The notes under the pieces: model-generated
Told to the model about the DNA's origin: nothing
Seen by the model: the letters and a program-made list of their open reading frames with translations, nothing else
Databases searched by the model: none
Assembly: GCA_044070495.1 (NCBI GenBank)
Contig: JBIPSI010000043.1
Coordinates: 1 to 38,911 of the forward strand
Reading direction: 5' to 3'
From: Spirulina sp.
GTDB lineage: Bacteria; Cyanobacteriota; Cyanobacteriia; Phormidesmidales; Phormidesmidaceae
DNA: 38,911 nucleotides
Shown: in pieces, positions 8,364 through 19,925 of the stretch
Layout: the number at the start of each line of letters is the position of its first letter
Numbering within the stretch: position 1 is the stretch's first letter
Program-made: the position numbers and the translations under genes

Positions 8364-8668
8364 ATTTTCCCCTAATCCCTAGGTCACCGAGGGAAATCGT
8401 TCATAGAACGCAAGGGTTGAGGGGGGCGAAAGGGTGGGCGGCTCCGGTGCAACATGGTATAAGTGTTAAGGAATACTAAGTGTTCTCATTTGGTTCTTTC
8501 TTGCTCCGCCAGGTGCTCTACAGTCACGCTCGAAGCGGCTCCACCCAGTCGTTCCCTCTCCGTACTGCTTGGCCATCCGGCGTCGGCACTGTTCTTTTCC
8601 AAGGAGGGAAGAACAGGTTTTTTTTGGGCAAGATAGCCTAGCCTTGTTCATTTCGTGGAGACCGTTCT

Positions 8669-9709
8669 TTGACTGCAACTGCTGAGCCTTCCGTTTCTCA
8701 ATCGGATGCTATTTCCTACCAAGACCTGACCCTGAAGCAGGTCATCCAAAGTATTCCTAAAGTTTATTTTCAAAAAGATCCCCGCAAGGCCTGGGCCTCC
8801 GTAGCCCTGAGTGTGGCGGCGGTGGCTTTGGGATACGTGGCGATCTATTTCTCGCCCTGGTTTTTGTTGCCCTTGGCCTGGTTCTTTGCTGGGACAGCCC
8901 TGACGGGTTTTTTTGTGATTGGCCACGACTGCGGCCACCGTTCCTTCTCCAACCGTCGCTGGGTGAATAATCTGGTGGGGCACGTGGCGATGCTGCCTTT
9001 GATCTACCCCTTCCATAGCTGGCGGCTACTGCACGACATTCACCACCGCAACACCAACAACCTGGATATCGACAACGCCTGGACGCCTTGGACGGAGGAA
9101 GAATTTACCGAGGCCAGCGGCTTTATGAAGGGGGTCTACCAAGGAATGCGGGGTTGGCTGTGGTGGTTGGCTTCCGTGGCCCACTGGGCGGTGCTGCACT
9201 TTGATCTTCGCAACTTTGAACCCCGCGACCGGGCCAAGGTCAGCCGATCCATCGCTGCCGTGGTGATTTTCTCGGCCATCTTTTTCCCCACCCTGTGGGC
9301 GGTGGCTGGGCCTTGGGGCCTCGTCAAATACTGGCTAATGCCTTGGCTAGGCTACCACTTCTGGATGAGCACCTTTACCCTAGTGCACCACACTATCCCC
9401 GAAATTCAGTTTCGCCCCGCCGCCACCTGGAACGAGGTAGAAGCGCAACTGGGGGGCACCCTCCACTGCGACTACCCCCACTGGGTTGAGGTGCTGTGCC
9501 ACGATATCAACGTCCATGTTCCCCACCATATTTCAGTTGGTATTCCGTCCTACAACCTGCGGCCTGCCTACGCCTCCCTAAAGGAACAGTGGGGGCCGTT
9601 GATGAAGGATACCCGCTTCTCGTGGGATTTGATGAAAACCATTGTGGGTCGCTGTCATATCTACCATCCTGAGCGGGCCTACACCAGTTTCCGCCAAATC
9701 AAGCCTTAG
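8669..9709 (+). CDS. desA: Delta-12 acyl-lipid desaturase
   Basis: 346 aa, TTG start. His boxes HDCGH, HDIHH and HVPHH, plus the FWMSTFTLVHHT motif. Confidence 0.9.
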   Translation: MTATAEPSVSQSDAISYQDLTLKQVIQSIPKVYFQKDPRKAWASVALSVAAVALGYVAIYFSPWFLLPLAWFFAGTALTGFFVIGHDCGHRSFSNRRWVNNLVGHVAMLPLIYPFHSWRLLHDIHHRNTNNLDIDNAWTPWTEEEFTEASGFMKGVYQGMRGWLWWLASVAHWAVLHFDLRNFEPRDRAKVSRSIAAVVIFSAIFFPTLWAVAGPWGLVKYWLMPWLGYHFWMSTFTLVHHTIPEIQFRPAATWNEVEAQLGGTLHCDYPHWVEVLCHDINVHVPHHISVGIPSYNLRPAYASLKEQWGPLMKDTRFSWDLMKTIVGRCHIYHPERAYTSFRQIKP

Positions 9710-9807
9710 GGCTAAGGTGTACTACACCTAAATCTCAAGACCTACATCCTAAGATCTAATACCCAGAGTACAAGGCCATTGTGCCGTTCTCAGGGGCCGA
9801 TCTTATC

Positions 9808-9834
9808 AGCCGATCCCCAGGGGTCGGCTTTTTT
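9808..9834 (+). terminator. Rho-independent terminator after desA
   Basis: AGCCGATCC-loop-GGGTCGGCT followed by a T tract. Confidence 0.8.
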
Positions 9835-10143
9835 GTTCCTGGTTCCCAGACCCCGTGTTGGTGTTCCTGTTTCCCAGACTCCGACTGGGAAACAGCCCCT
9901 GGGGCTCCTGCCCCAATGGGCTGAGGCTGGAGCCTCGCGGGTTACACCCAGGCTCTGTCTGGATGCGAGTCCCGTCCTTTCCGACGGCCCACGCAAGGAC
10001 AATCGGTAAACTGCGACACTAAGGCAGCGTACTCTTGGGCTTAGCCCCCAAAATCTGAGGTAGGATCATCGGCCTAGGGCTACCCCCATCGCTTTGGTTC
10101 CTAGCCAATCCTCCGCGTTCGCTCACACACCCACACCTCTGTT

Positions 10144-12012
10144 ATGGCTCTTCTGACCCGTTCCCTGGTGCCCTTGGCGGCTACCGTCGCTGCGGCTGTA
10201 GCCGGACTCGTGACTCCCACGGTGGCCTCGGCCAATACCTTTGGACAACAATCTATCGACCCTAATCTGGCGATTCCGGTAGCCACTCCGGTACGCAATG
10301 GGGCGTTTTATAATTTAACGATTTTGGAGCAGGTGCCCAACCGTCGCCAGTGCTGGCAGGAGCAAGCCCAAGAGGGTGGCCCCACGGTGGTGGATCCGCT
10401 GCTGCTGAATTTCAATTTCACCGGATCCTGCGACCGCAAAACCGACAGCAACGGCTACTCGGTGCGAATCAATGGCGAGGACTTGGGGGTGCAGTATCGG
10501 CTAGAAGTTTCCCCCCGCCAAAACGACCTGGTGCTGTTTGCCCGCCACACCCGCGACCGCAGCCAGCCCGCCATTGAAATTGGCCGCACCCAGGGCCGCG
10601 CCGACGGTTTTCTGCGGATTCAGCTTAATCCGGGCTGGCAGCTTACCCGCCGCCTCTACAATGGCCAACCCACGGGGCACATCTACCTCACCCACGACGA
10701 ACCTCTACCCGACTTCGTTGTGGCCACGGTCTCCCAACCCCTGTCGTCCAACACGCCTGCCCTCAGTGCGCCCCTCAACCCCTCCTCCTCCAGCCCCTCC
10801 GCGACGGTGCCGATTCCCCCTCCAGTCACCGCGCCAACCACGGGAGCGGCCACCGGAGGCCCAACGATTTCCCCACCGACCCAGCCCAACTTGCCCACCG
10901 TGGCGGTGCGCCCTAGTCCGGGTGCTAGACCTCCGGCGGTTTCCCCTGGAAGTGCCAATGCCCAGAGCGACCAGTTTCGGGTCATTGTGCCCATTTCCGA
11001 CCCCACCACCCTGCCGAGGGTGCGGGCCGTGGAACCATCAGCCTTTCGCACCACCCTCAATGGCCAGTCCGTGGTGCAGGCGGGGGTATTTCAAGATCAG
11101 CAGCGGGCGGATGAACTGCGTCAAACCCTGATGGCAGCGAGGCTGTCGGCCCAAGTGGTGTCTGCTTCGGGTGCGCCGACCCAACCGACCACCCCCATTT
11201 CTAATCCGTCCCCTCCGGCTTCCAACGCCAGCCATTTTCGGGTGATTGTGCCGATCAGCAGCCCCGACACTCTGCAACAGGTACGCAATGTGGAACCCGA
11301 AGCCTTTCGGACGACGGTGAACGGCCAAAGCGTGGTGCAGGTGGGCTTGTTTCAGGAACGGCAGCGGGCGGAGGAGGTGCGTCAGTCCCTCGTGGCGGCT
11401 AGCCTACCTGCCACCATCCTGGCGGCGACGGCCCCCGCTGTGGCAGCGACTCCCGTCATCCCCAGCGTGCCCCGTGGCCAAACCTTGGTAGTCATCGACC
11501 CCGGCCATGGCGGACGAGACCCTGGGGCGGTGGGTATCGGCGGTCTTCAGGAAAAGCAGATCAACACCACCGTCTCCAACCGGGTGCGGCAACGCTTACA
11601 GGAGGCAGGACTGACAGTACTGATGACCCGTGACGGCGATCAGTGGGTGGATCTCGATGCCCGTGCCCAATTTGCTAACCGGGCCGGGGCCGATGTGTTT
11701 GTCAGCATCCATGCTAACGCCATTAGCATGTCTCGTCCTGAGGTAAACGGCCTAGAAACCTACTACCTGGCCAGCGGTGAACGATTGGCCCGCAGCATTC
11801 ACAACAGCGTGTTACGCAATACCGATATGCGCGATCGGGGCGTGCGGCAGGCCCGATTTTACGTGCTGCGCCACACCGCCATGCCCGCTGTACTGGTGGA
11901 AACCGGGTTTGTCACCGGGGCCGAGGATGCGGCTCGATTTCGGGATCCCACGGCGGTGAACCAAATCGCTGACGGCATCGCCAGAGGCATTTTGGATTAT
12001 CTGGGCCGCTGA
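10144..12012 (+). CDS. N-acetylmuramoyl-L-alanine amidase (signal peptide + DUF3747-like + 2 SPOR-like repeats + Amidase_3)
   Basis: AxA signal peptide. VDPLLLNFNFTGSCDRKTDSNGYS (DUF3747-like). P/T/S-rich linkers and a duplicated ~62-aa unit. Zn-amidase motifs IDPGHGG, EK, SIHAN and LVETGF. Confidence 0.9.
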   Translation: MALLTRSLVPLAATVAAAVAGLVTPTVASANTFGQQSIDPNLAIPVATPVRNGAFYNLTILEQVPNRRQCWQEQAQEGGPTVVDPLLLNFNFTGSCDRKTDSNGYSVRINGEDLGVQYRLEVSPRQNDLVLFARHTRDRSQPAIEIGRTQGRADGFLRIQLNPGWQLTRRLYNGQPTGHIYLTHDEPLPDFVVATVSQPLSSNTPALSAPLNPSSSSPSATVPIPPPVTAPTTGAATGGPTISPPTQPNLPTVAVRPSPGARPPAVSPGSANAQSDQFRVIVPISDPTTLPRVRAVEPSAFRTTLNGQSVVQAGVFQDQQRADELRQTLMAARLSAQVVSASGAPTQPTTPISNPSPPASNASHFRVIVPISSPDTLQQVRNVEPEAFRTTVNGQSVVQVGLFQERQRAEEVRQSLVAASLPATILAATAPAVAATPVIPSVPRGQTLVVIDPGHGGRDPGAVGIGGLQEKQINTTVSNRVRQRLQEAGLTVLMTRDGDQWVDLDARAQFANRAGADVFVSIHANAISMSRPEVNGLETYYLASGERLARSIHNSVLRNTDMRDRGVRQARFYVLRHTAMPAVLVETGFVTGAEDAARFRDPTAVNQIADGIARGILDYLGR

Positions 12013-12132
12013 GGGTAGAGGGTGATGCAGTAGGGGGTGATGCAAAAGACTGGGGGGCATTGCTTCGCGTATAGTCCTTCGGGCATGGCTGACGCTAGTG
12101 CGCTAGCCTCACCCTGGGGTTATGCACCCTAA

Positions 12133-12295
12133 GCGACTCACATCCGTAAGAATGGCAAGAGAACGGGGAAGCAAAATCACATCTGTGTCGCCTGCGGTCG
12201 CCAGTTCATTGTCGATTACGAGCCCCCCAGAGGGTGCTCCGATGCGATCAGACGCGAGTGTTTGAGAGTATGTCAACAGCTCTGGGTTTCGAGCC
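12133..12295 (+). pseudogene. IS1-family transposase (InsA-like) remnant
   Basis: Translates THIRKNGKRTGKQNHICVACGRQFIVDYEPPRGCSDAIRRECLR, then after a frameshift YVNSSGFRA (Zn-ribbon and start of HTH). No start codon or catalytic domain. Confidence 0.8.
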
Positions 12296-12314
12296 GAGGT
12301 ATCGACGCGTAGCA

Positions 12315-12371
12315 CCTAGCGCTATGCACTTTACGGTTCTGCCTGTTGGGAATCGGGGTTATGGGATTCGG
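12315..12371 (-). repeat. Dispersed repeat, copy 2 (inverted relative to 2559-2615)
   Basis: 51/57 identity to 2559-2615. Confidence 0.8.
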
Positions 12372-12383
12372 ATTAGGTATTAA

Positions 12384-12557
12384 TTAATCGGGCTTGCTGA
12401 GTAGCGCATGGGTATGGGCGCTAAGCAGGGGACGTAGTTGGTCTTGAACGGGCTGCGATTGGTTGCTCCACAGCATTTTGCAAAAGGCTCCCTTGCCCTG
12501 ATCTCCGGCTCGGTTCAACACGGCGGCCAGTTTCTCGCAGTTGGTAGTTTCGTCCAT
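12384..12557 (-). CDS. Small hypothetical protein (57 aa)
   Basis: GGAGG 4 nt before the ATG at 12557. Begins MDETTNCEKLAAVLNRAGDQGK. Confidence 0.7.
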   Translation of the reverse strand: MDETTNCEKLAAVLNRAGDQGKGAFCKMLWSNQSQPVQDQLRPLLSAHTHALLSKPD

Positions 12558-12707
12558 GGTGCCTCCGATCAACGGTGCGGCTATCATACCGGACTTTTCA
12601 CCAGGACTCGGGCCAACCCCCCAGAATCAGCCACTTCCAGAGTCAGGCACTCCCAGAGGACAACCAGGGTCTAGTGGCAGTAGGCCCGAGTCAGAGGGAA
12701 TCCTGCC

Positions 12708-13511
12708 CTAGCCGAAGCGCCCAGAGACATAGTCACGGGTGTACTGTTCTCGTGGGCTATTAAAGATCACCTCGGTCTTGTCGTATTCCACTAAAAAGCC
12801 CACCTTGCCGCCCTTGTCCGTCGCTTCAGCATTGAAGAACGCCGTGCGATCTGACACCCGCGACGCCTGCTGCATATTGTGGGTGACGATAATGATGGTG
12901 TAGTCCTCCTTGAGTTGCTGCATCGTTTCCTCAACCTTGATGGTGGAAATAGGGTCGAGGGCCGAGCAGGGCTCATCCATCAAAATAATGTCGGGTTGGA
13001 TGGAAATGGCGCGGGCAATGCAAAGACGTTGCTGCTGCCCCCCAGACAGGGAAAGTCCACTTTCCCGCAATTTGTCCTTCACCTCGTCCCACACGGCGGC
13101 CTTGCGGAGGGAGGTTTCCACTAGTTCGTCCATATCGCCTTTGTAACCGTTGATGCGTGCCCCCCAGGCGATGTTCTCGTAGATAGACTGGGAGAAGGGA
13201 TTCGCCTTTTGGAACACCATGCCAATGCGGCGGCGCAGACTAACCGGATCCACCTGGTTACCATAGATATTTTGACCGTGGAAGGTGATGTGGCCCTCAA
13301 CCCGACAACTGGCAATCAGATCATTCATGCGATTGAAGCAGCGTAGAACTGTGCTCTTACCACAGCCAGAGGGGCCAATGAAGGCGACAATCTCACGGGT
13401 AGGCACATCAAGGTTGACATCTCGCACCGCCAAGGTGGAGCCATAGTAAACACTAAGACGCTCGGCCTTTAGGGCAATGCTAGCGGCACTAGGAGCAGAC
13501 ACATTGGCCAT
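12708..13511 (-). CDS. pstB: Phosphate ABC transporter ATP-binding protein
   Basis: Motifs [48 protein letters not shown] and terminal YVSGRFG. Confidence 0.96.
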   Translation of the reverse strand: MANVSAPSAASIALKAERLSVYYGSTLAVRDVNLDVPTREIVAFIGPSGCGKSTVLRCFNRMNDLIASCRVEGHITFHGQNIYGNQVDPVSLRRRIGMVFQKANPFSQSIYENIAWGARINGYKGDMDELVETSLRKAAVWDEVKDKLRESGLSLSGGQQQRLCIARAISIQPDIILMDEPCSALDPISTIKVEETMQQLKEDYTIIIVTHNMQQASRVSDRTAFFNAEATDKGGKVGFLVEYDKTEVIFNSPREQYTRDYVSGRFG

Positions 13512-13604
13512 GGAAATACCCAAAATCGCGCAGTAGAAACAACAATGACAGGCTGGAGTGGATCCTTTAGTACTTACAGTTCAGTACTTTCTAGAAGAGC
13601 CTTC

Positions 13605-13651
13605 ACTATAATGACAGGGGAAGGTAGTGCCAGGGTTAAGAGGAGGCTAAA
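13605..13651 (-). promoter_or_regulatory. Pho box (SphR/PhoB site) plus -10 element upstream of pstB
   Basis: Minus strand TTTAGCCT-cct-CTTAACCC-tgg-CACTACCT with an 11-bp period (consensus YTTAAYYW), then TATAGT at 13610-13605. Confidence 0.7.
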
Positions 13652-13964
13652 ACCGCAGAGCCCTTGATCCTCTCCAATGCTGGCCTGGTGCCTTCAGGAA
13701 CCCATGACGAAGAGGTCAAAACCCTGAGAATCTTGGCATACTATACCCAGTCAACGCCCTAGACCTAAGGCAATGCTTTGATGTTGTCCTAGATCACTGG
13801 CTATGGTGTGGGTGGCAGCTATGGTGTAACCAAGGGCAACGCCAGCCAACGCGTGGGATGACGACTGGTTTCCCGGTTTCCCGTAATGCTATCAGTTGGG
13901 CGCTCTGTCCTTGAAGACTAAGGTTAGGGTGTTTTTGCTAAGACCTTTTTTGCTGCTCAGACCA

Positions 13965-16472
13965 GTGCCAAACCCCTCCCGATTCAGGCCTTCTAGCCAG
14001 CACCTCCCGCCAATCTCGCTTCGAGTGACTCTGTTAGCCATCTTCGCGCTACAGATGATAGGGGTGGTTGGCCTCACATTTTTTGTCAGCCACCACCAGG
14101 GGGGAAGATCCCTGATCATCCTTAGTTTAATCGCCATTGCCATTTCCCTGGGCGGCGGCCTGCTTGCGGTAGACCTGCTGTTGCAACCGCTCCAGGCCCT
14201 AAAGGCGGCGACCCAGGCCATGGCCCAGGGACAGTGGCATACCCCCCTGCCGGTGTCTCGCTTTGGGGAAATGCGAGAGGTGGCCTTAGCCTTTAACCAC
14301 ATGGCAACTCAGCTCCAGGGCTCCTTTGCCGAGTTGGAATACCTCAACCAGGCCCTCACCGCCAGCGAGCAGCGATGGCGGGAATTTTTAGATGCTATTC
14401 CCTTGGGTATTGTGGTCTATGACCGTAACGGGCAGATGGCGTTTGCCAGTGCCGAGGCCCGTCAAATGCTTGGCCTAGAGGATGTACCATCCATTCCCAA
14501 CCTGAGTCTTAGCGACACCTTTCTAGCCTTTCAGGCTAATGGTACAAACCCCTATCCTACCGATACCCTCCCCATTGCCCAATCCCTACGCGGTGAGAGG
14601 GGTTGGGCCGACGACATTGTCCTTCAGCGGGGTGATCAGCGGATTCCTGTGGAGATGGCCAGTACTCCCATTTTTGATCGCACCGGGCGGGTGGAGTATG
14701 CCGTGGCGGCATTCCAAGACATCACCACCCATCGCCAAGCCCAGCAAGTGCTAACCGACTATAGCCATACCCTCGAAGTCACCGTGGCCCAGCGCACCGC
14801 CGATTTACACCAGGCCCAGGCGACCCAGCGCGTTATCCTCCAGGCCATCCCCGACCTCCTGATACGCTACAGCCGGGACGGCATTTGCCGAGGCATCCTC
14901 AGTTCTGGATCCGTGACTATGATTACTTCCCCCGACAACCAAATTGGGAAATCCCTCGCGGAGGTGCTGCCCCCCGACATGGTGGCCGAGCGCATGCACT
15001 ACATTCAACTCACCCTAGAAACAGGGCAGCCCCAGCAGTATGAATATCGCTTTTCCATCCCCCCTGGATGGCGGCACGAGGAAGCTCGCCTCGTGGTGAG
15101 CGGGGAGGATGAGGTGCTGGTGATTGTTCGGGACATTACCGAACGGAAACAGGCCGAGATGGCCCTGAGAGAAAGTCAAACCCTCTACCGATCTCTAACG
15201 GATGTGCTTCCCCATGGGTTATTTCGTCTGGATCGACAGCAGCGCCTCACCTTTGCCAACCCCGCCTACCTCCAGCAAATCGGCCTGTCCCTAGAAGATT
15301 GTCTAGGCAAAACCGCTTTTGATCTCTTCGCCCATGATCTAGCCCTGGGCTATAGCGAAGATAACGAACGGGTGATGGCTACCGGAGAAACCCTGAATAA
15401 GGTAGACATCTATAACTTGCCCAATCGCTCCGGCCTGGGCTACCTGCAAATTTGCAAAGCCCCCATCTACGACGACGAGGGCAACATTGTGGGAATGCAG
15501 GGGGTATTTTGGGACGTTACGGAGCTGAAGCAAACCGAAGCGGCTCTAGCCAGCCAAAAACAGTTTTTGCAAAATGTCATTGACAGCGTCCCTAGCATCA
15601 TCGTTGTCAAGGATCGTGAGAACCGAGTGCAAATTGCGAACCAGGCAAGCGCCGCTCTCTATGGCATGACCCCCGACACCATGCTGGGGAAACAGGATGT
15701 CGAAATGAATCCCAACGTGTCTTGGCAAGAGGCAGAACAAAGTCGTCGCATTAACCAAAAGGTCATTGCGACCCAAGAGCCCTACCAGGCCGAGCAGGAA
15801 ATCATTGATGCCAACAATGTCCGCCGTTGGTACCAAATCTTGATCAACCCCTTTCGCGACACCGACGGTAACGTTAAAGGCGTTGTCGGCAACTGCATTG
15901 ATATCACCGACCGCAAGCAGATGGAAACGGCCCTTCAGGAGGCCAACGCCAAGCTCGAATGCCTTGCGACCCTCGATGGCTTAACCCAAATTCCTAACCG
16001 CCGCCGCTTCGACCAATACCTGCAACAGGAGTGGCAGCGCTTAGTCCGAGAGCAGCAGCCGCTTTCCCTCATTCTGTTTGATGTGGACTATTTCAAAGCC
16101 TATAACGACCACTTTGGACACCAGCAAGGCGACGAAGGACTCATTGCTATCGCCCAAGCCACGAGCCAAGCTGTGAAACGATCCATTGATCTCCTAGCCC
16201 GCTACGGTGGTGAAGAGTTTGGCGTTATCTTACCCAATACCCATCGCGCTGGTGCTGAAAACGTCGCTCGATCCATCCAACGGGAGGTAGATGCCCTACA
16301 ACTCTCCCACCCCAAGTCTAAAGTCAGTGACCACCTCACCGTCAGCATGGGAATTGCCAGTGTTGTTCCCAGCGCCGATCAAACCCCAGAAGAGCTAATC
16401 GCCGCCGCCGACGCCGCACTTTACCAAGCAAAACGTCGAGGCCGTAACCGCTACTGGATTCGCCTAATTTAG
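13965..16472 (+). CDS. Membrane diguanylate cyclase (2 TM-HAMP-4xPAS-GGDEF); start uncertain
   Basis: HAMP (QPLQAL...EVALAFNHM), four PAS/PAC ends (QDIT, RDIT, WDVT, IDIT), DGLTQIPNRR, I-site RSID and GGEEF. The ORF is open from 13896; the GTG at 13965 is my estimated start. Confidence 0.9.
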   Translation: MPNPSRFRPSSQHLPPISLRVTLLAIFALQMIGVVGLTFFVSHHQGGRSLIILSLIAIAISLGGGLLAVDLLLQPLQALKAATQAMAQGQWHTPLPVSRFGEMREVALAFNHMATQLQGSFAELEYLNQALTASEQRWREFLDAIPLGIVVYDRNGQMAFASAEARQMLGLEDVPSIPNLSLSDTFLAFQANGTNPYPTDTLPIAQSLRGERGWADDIVLQRGDQRIPVEMASTPIFDRTGRVEYAVAAFQDITTHRQAQQVLTDYSHTLEVTVAQRTADLHQAQATQRVILQAIPDLLIRYSRDGICRGILSSGSVTMITSPDNQIGKSLAEVLPPDMVAERMHYIQLTLETGQPQQYEYRFSIPPGWRHEEARLVVSGEDEVLVIVRDITERKQAEMALRESQTLYRSLTDVLPHGLFRLDRQQRLTFANPAYLQQIGLSLEDCLGKTAFDLFAHDLALGYSEDNERVMATGETLNKVDIYNLPNRSGLGYLQICKAPIYDDEGNIVGMQGVFWDVTELKQTEAALASQKQFLQNVIDSVPSIIVVKDRENRVQIANQASAALYGMTPDTMLGKQDVEMNPNVSWQEAEQSRRINQKVIATQEPYQAEQEIIDANNVRRWYQILINPFRDTDGNVKGVVGNCIDITDRKQMETALQEANAKLECLATLDGLTQIPNRRRFDQYLQQEWQRLVREQQPLSLILFDVDYFKAYNDHFGHQQGDEGLIAIAQATSQAVKRSIDLLARYGGEEFGVILPNTHRAGAENVARSIQREVDALQLSHPKSKVSDHLTVSMGIASVVPSADQTPEELIAAADAALYQAKRRGRNRYWIRLI

Positions 16473-16497
16473 GGTTGCGGAATAACGTAGTCAAAAC

Positions 16498-16595
16498 TAT
16501 AGTCATTTCAATTAAGCTTGAGAGCCTGAAAAGCCTGATAGGTTAATAAGACTCTCAGCATCTAGATTGTCTCATTCTTATGAGACACAACTATA
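16498..16595. mobile_element. Putative degenerate MITE (TA-bounded, IS630/Tc1-like ends)
   Basis: 98 bp, AT-rich, bounded by TATAGT...ACTATA. The 26-nt terminal inverted repeats match at 18/26. Confidence 0.45.
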
Positions 16596-16610
16596 ACTAT
16601 AAAACGTCAA

Positions 16611-16641
16611 AATTAAGAAGGAGGATCAGTTGATCCTCCTT
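16611..16641 (-). terminator. Terminator hairpin downstream of the atp operon
   Basis: AAGGAGGATCA/TGATCCTCCTT inverted repeat, followed by a T-rich tract on the minus strand. Confidence 0.65.
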
Positions 16642-16741
16642 AGCGGACTCTGGATAAGCCTGGACAGACTGTTAACTAAACAGTTTTAAGCTATCCACCG
16701 TTATGGCCGAGCAATAGTTAGTTACGAACGAACGAGACAAA

Positions 16742-17692
16742 CTAGCCCAGAGCATTAGCACCCGAAACCACCTCAAGGATTTCCTGGGTAATGGCGGCCT
16801 GACGAGCCTTGTTGTAGGTGAGGTTGAGATTCTTAGCCAATTCCTTAGCGTTGTCGCTAGCGTTGTTCATGGCCGTCATCCGAGCTGCCAATTCGCTAGC
16901 AGCAGACTCTTGAAGAGCGCGCAGAATTTGATTGTTCAGGTACAGAGGCAACAGAGCATCCAAAATTTGGACAGGGTCCTGCTCAAAAATCATGTCCTGA
17001 GGAAAATTCATCGTCACCTGAGATGCGACCTTTTCCCGCTGCACCTCAAAGTTGCCGCCACGGGTCGTCAGCCGGAAAATCTCATCATCTGCGGCCTCCA
17101 ACCCCTGGGCATCTAGGGGCAGAAGGGTCTGAACGACGGGACGAGAACTCACCAGGGAAACAAACCGGGTGTAGATAAGCTCAACCCGCTCAACCTTGCC
17201 CGACAGGAACAGCGCCAACAGTTCATCGGCAATGCGAGAGGCCTCCTCGGCGTTAGGGATTTGCTCTAGCCCAGTGAAGCTGGCTTCAATAGGCTGATCC
17301 CGACGCTTAAAGTATTGGGTGGCCTTACGCCCCACCAACACATACTGATAGTTGATGCCCTCAGCCGCCAGTTCCTTGGCGCGAATTTCTGCCCGACGAA
17401 TAACGTTGGTGTTGTAGCCGCCGCATAGCCCCCGGTCGCCGGAAATCACTAGAATGGCGACATTATTAACCTCCCGTTGCTTGAGCAGAGGCAGGTCAAC
17501 ATCTTCAAACTTCAGACGGCTCTGTAGCCCGTAGAGTACTTGGGCTAAGCGATCCGCAAAGGGACGAGTTGCAATCACCTGCTCCTGGGCGCGGCGCACC
17601 TTGGCAGCAGCCACTAGACGCATGGCTTCGGTGATTTTGCGGGTATTTTTAACGGATTTAATGCGATCTCGAATTGCTTTTAGGTTAGGCAT
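16742..17692 (-). CDS. atpG: F1 ATP synthase gamma subunit (cyanobacterial atpC)
   Basis: Motifs [22 protein letters not shown] and [12 protein letters not shown]. Confidence 0.98.
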   Translation of the reverse strand: MPNLKAIRDRIKSVKNTRKITEAMRLVAAAKVRRAQEQVIATRPFADRLAQVLYGLQSRLKFEDVDLPLLKQREVNNVAILVISGDRGLCGGYNTNVIRRAEIRAKELAAEGINYQYVLVGRKATQYFKRRDQPIEASFTGLEQIPNAEEASRIADELLALFLSGKVERVELIYTRFVSLVSSRPVVQTLLPLDAQGLEAADDEIFRLTTRGGNFEVQREKVASQVTMNFPQDMIFEQDPVQILDALLPLYLNNQILRALQESAASELAARMTAMNNASDNAKELAKNLNLTYNKARQAAITQEILEVVSGANALG

Positions 17693-17779
17693 AATCTGTC
17701 CTCAGCCAGGGTTGCAGGGTCAGCCGCTCTGCTAAAGGAATATATTCACGTTGACAAAAGCGGCTGATTCAAAATTCGA

Positions 17780-19351
<1,572 letters not shown>

Positions 19352-19367
19352 TTAGGCCCTTGAGACA

Positions 19368-19925
19368 CTAGGCCGTGGCGGCCAACTGCATTCCAATCCG
19401 CCGAAGCTGTCCGCGCAAACTGGCGTCAATTACCTGAGACCCGACCTTAACAATCAGCCCACCCAGAAGATCGGGATCGATCTGCACCGAAAGCTCAACG
19501 TCTTGTGCGCCGGACAATGCCGCGACTCGATGGCGAATGGTAGCCGTCTGCTCTTCGGAAAGCTCTACCGCAGAAACCACATCAGCCAGCACGGTTTGCT
19601 TTAGTTCCCGCAGCAGAACTTGGTACTGCTCCAGAACGCCGCCGAGGTACATGATGCGGTTGCGATCCACCAGAAGGAGAAGCACGCTCAAAACAGCGGG
19701 GTTCACCTTACCCTCGGCAATCTGGCGCAGCGCCCCCTTCTTGGCTTCCGGCTCAATCAGAGGATTTCCCAGGAATTGAGTCAGTTCCGCCGATTCATTC
19801 AGAACCGCCAGGAGACCAGCCACTTCATTGCCTACGTGATCAACAACGCCGTTTTCCTTGGCAATGTCCATCAGGGCCTTGGCGTAGGGCAGCGTGACCT
19901 CGGATGTCATGGTGCTGTCTTTCAT
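19368..19925 (-). CDS. atpH: F1 ATP synthase delta subunit (cyanobacterial atpD)
   Basis: Motifs PYAKAL and DPDLLGGLIVKVGSQVIDAS; operon position. Confidence 0.96.
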   Translation of the reverse strand: MKDSTMTSEVTLPYAKALMDIAKENGVVDHVGNEVAGLLAVLNESAELTQFLGNPLIEPEAKKGALRQIAEGKVNPAVLSVLLLLVDRNRIMYLGGVLEQYQVLLRELKQTVLADVVSAVELSEEQTATIRHRVAALSGAQDVELSVQIDPDLLGGLIVKVGSQVIDASLRGQLRRIGMQLAATA

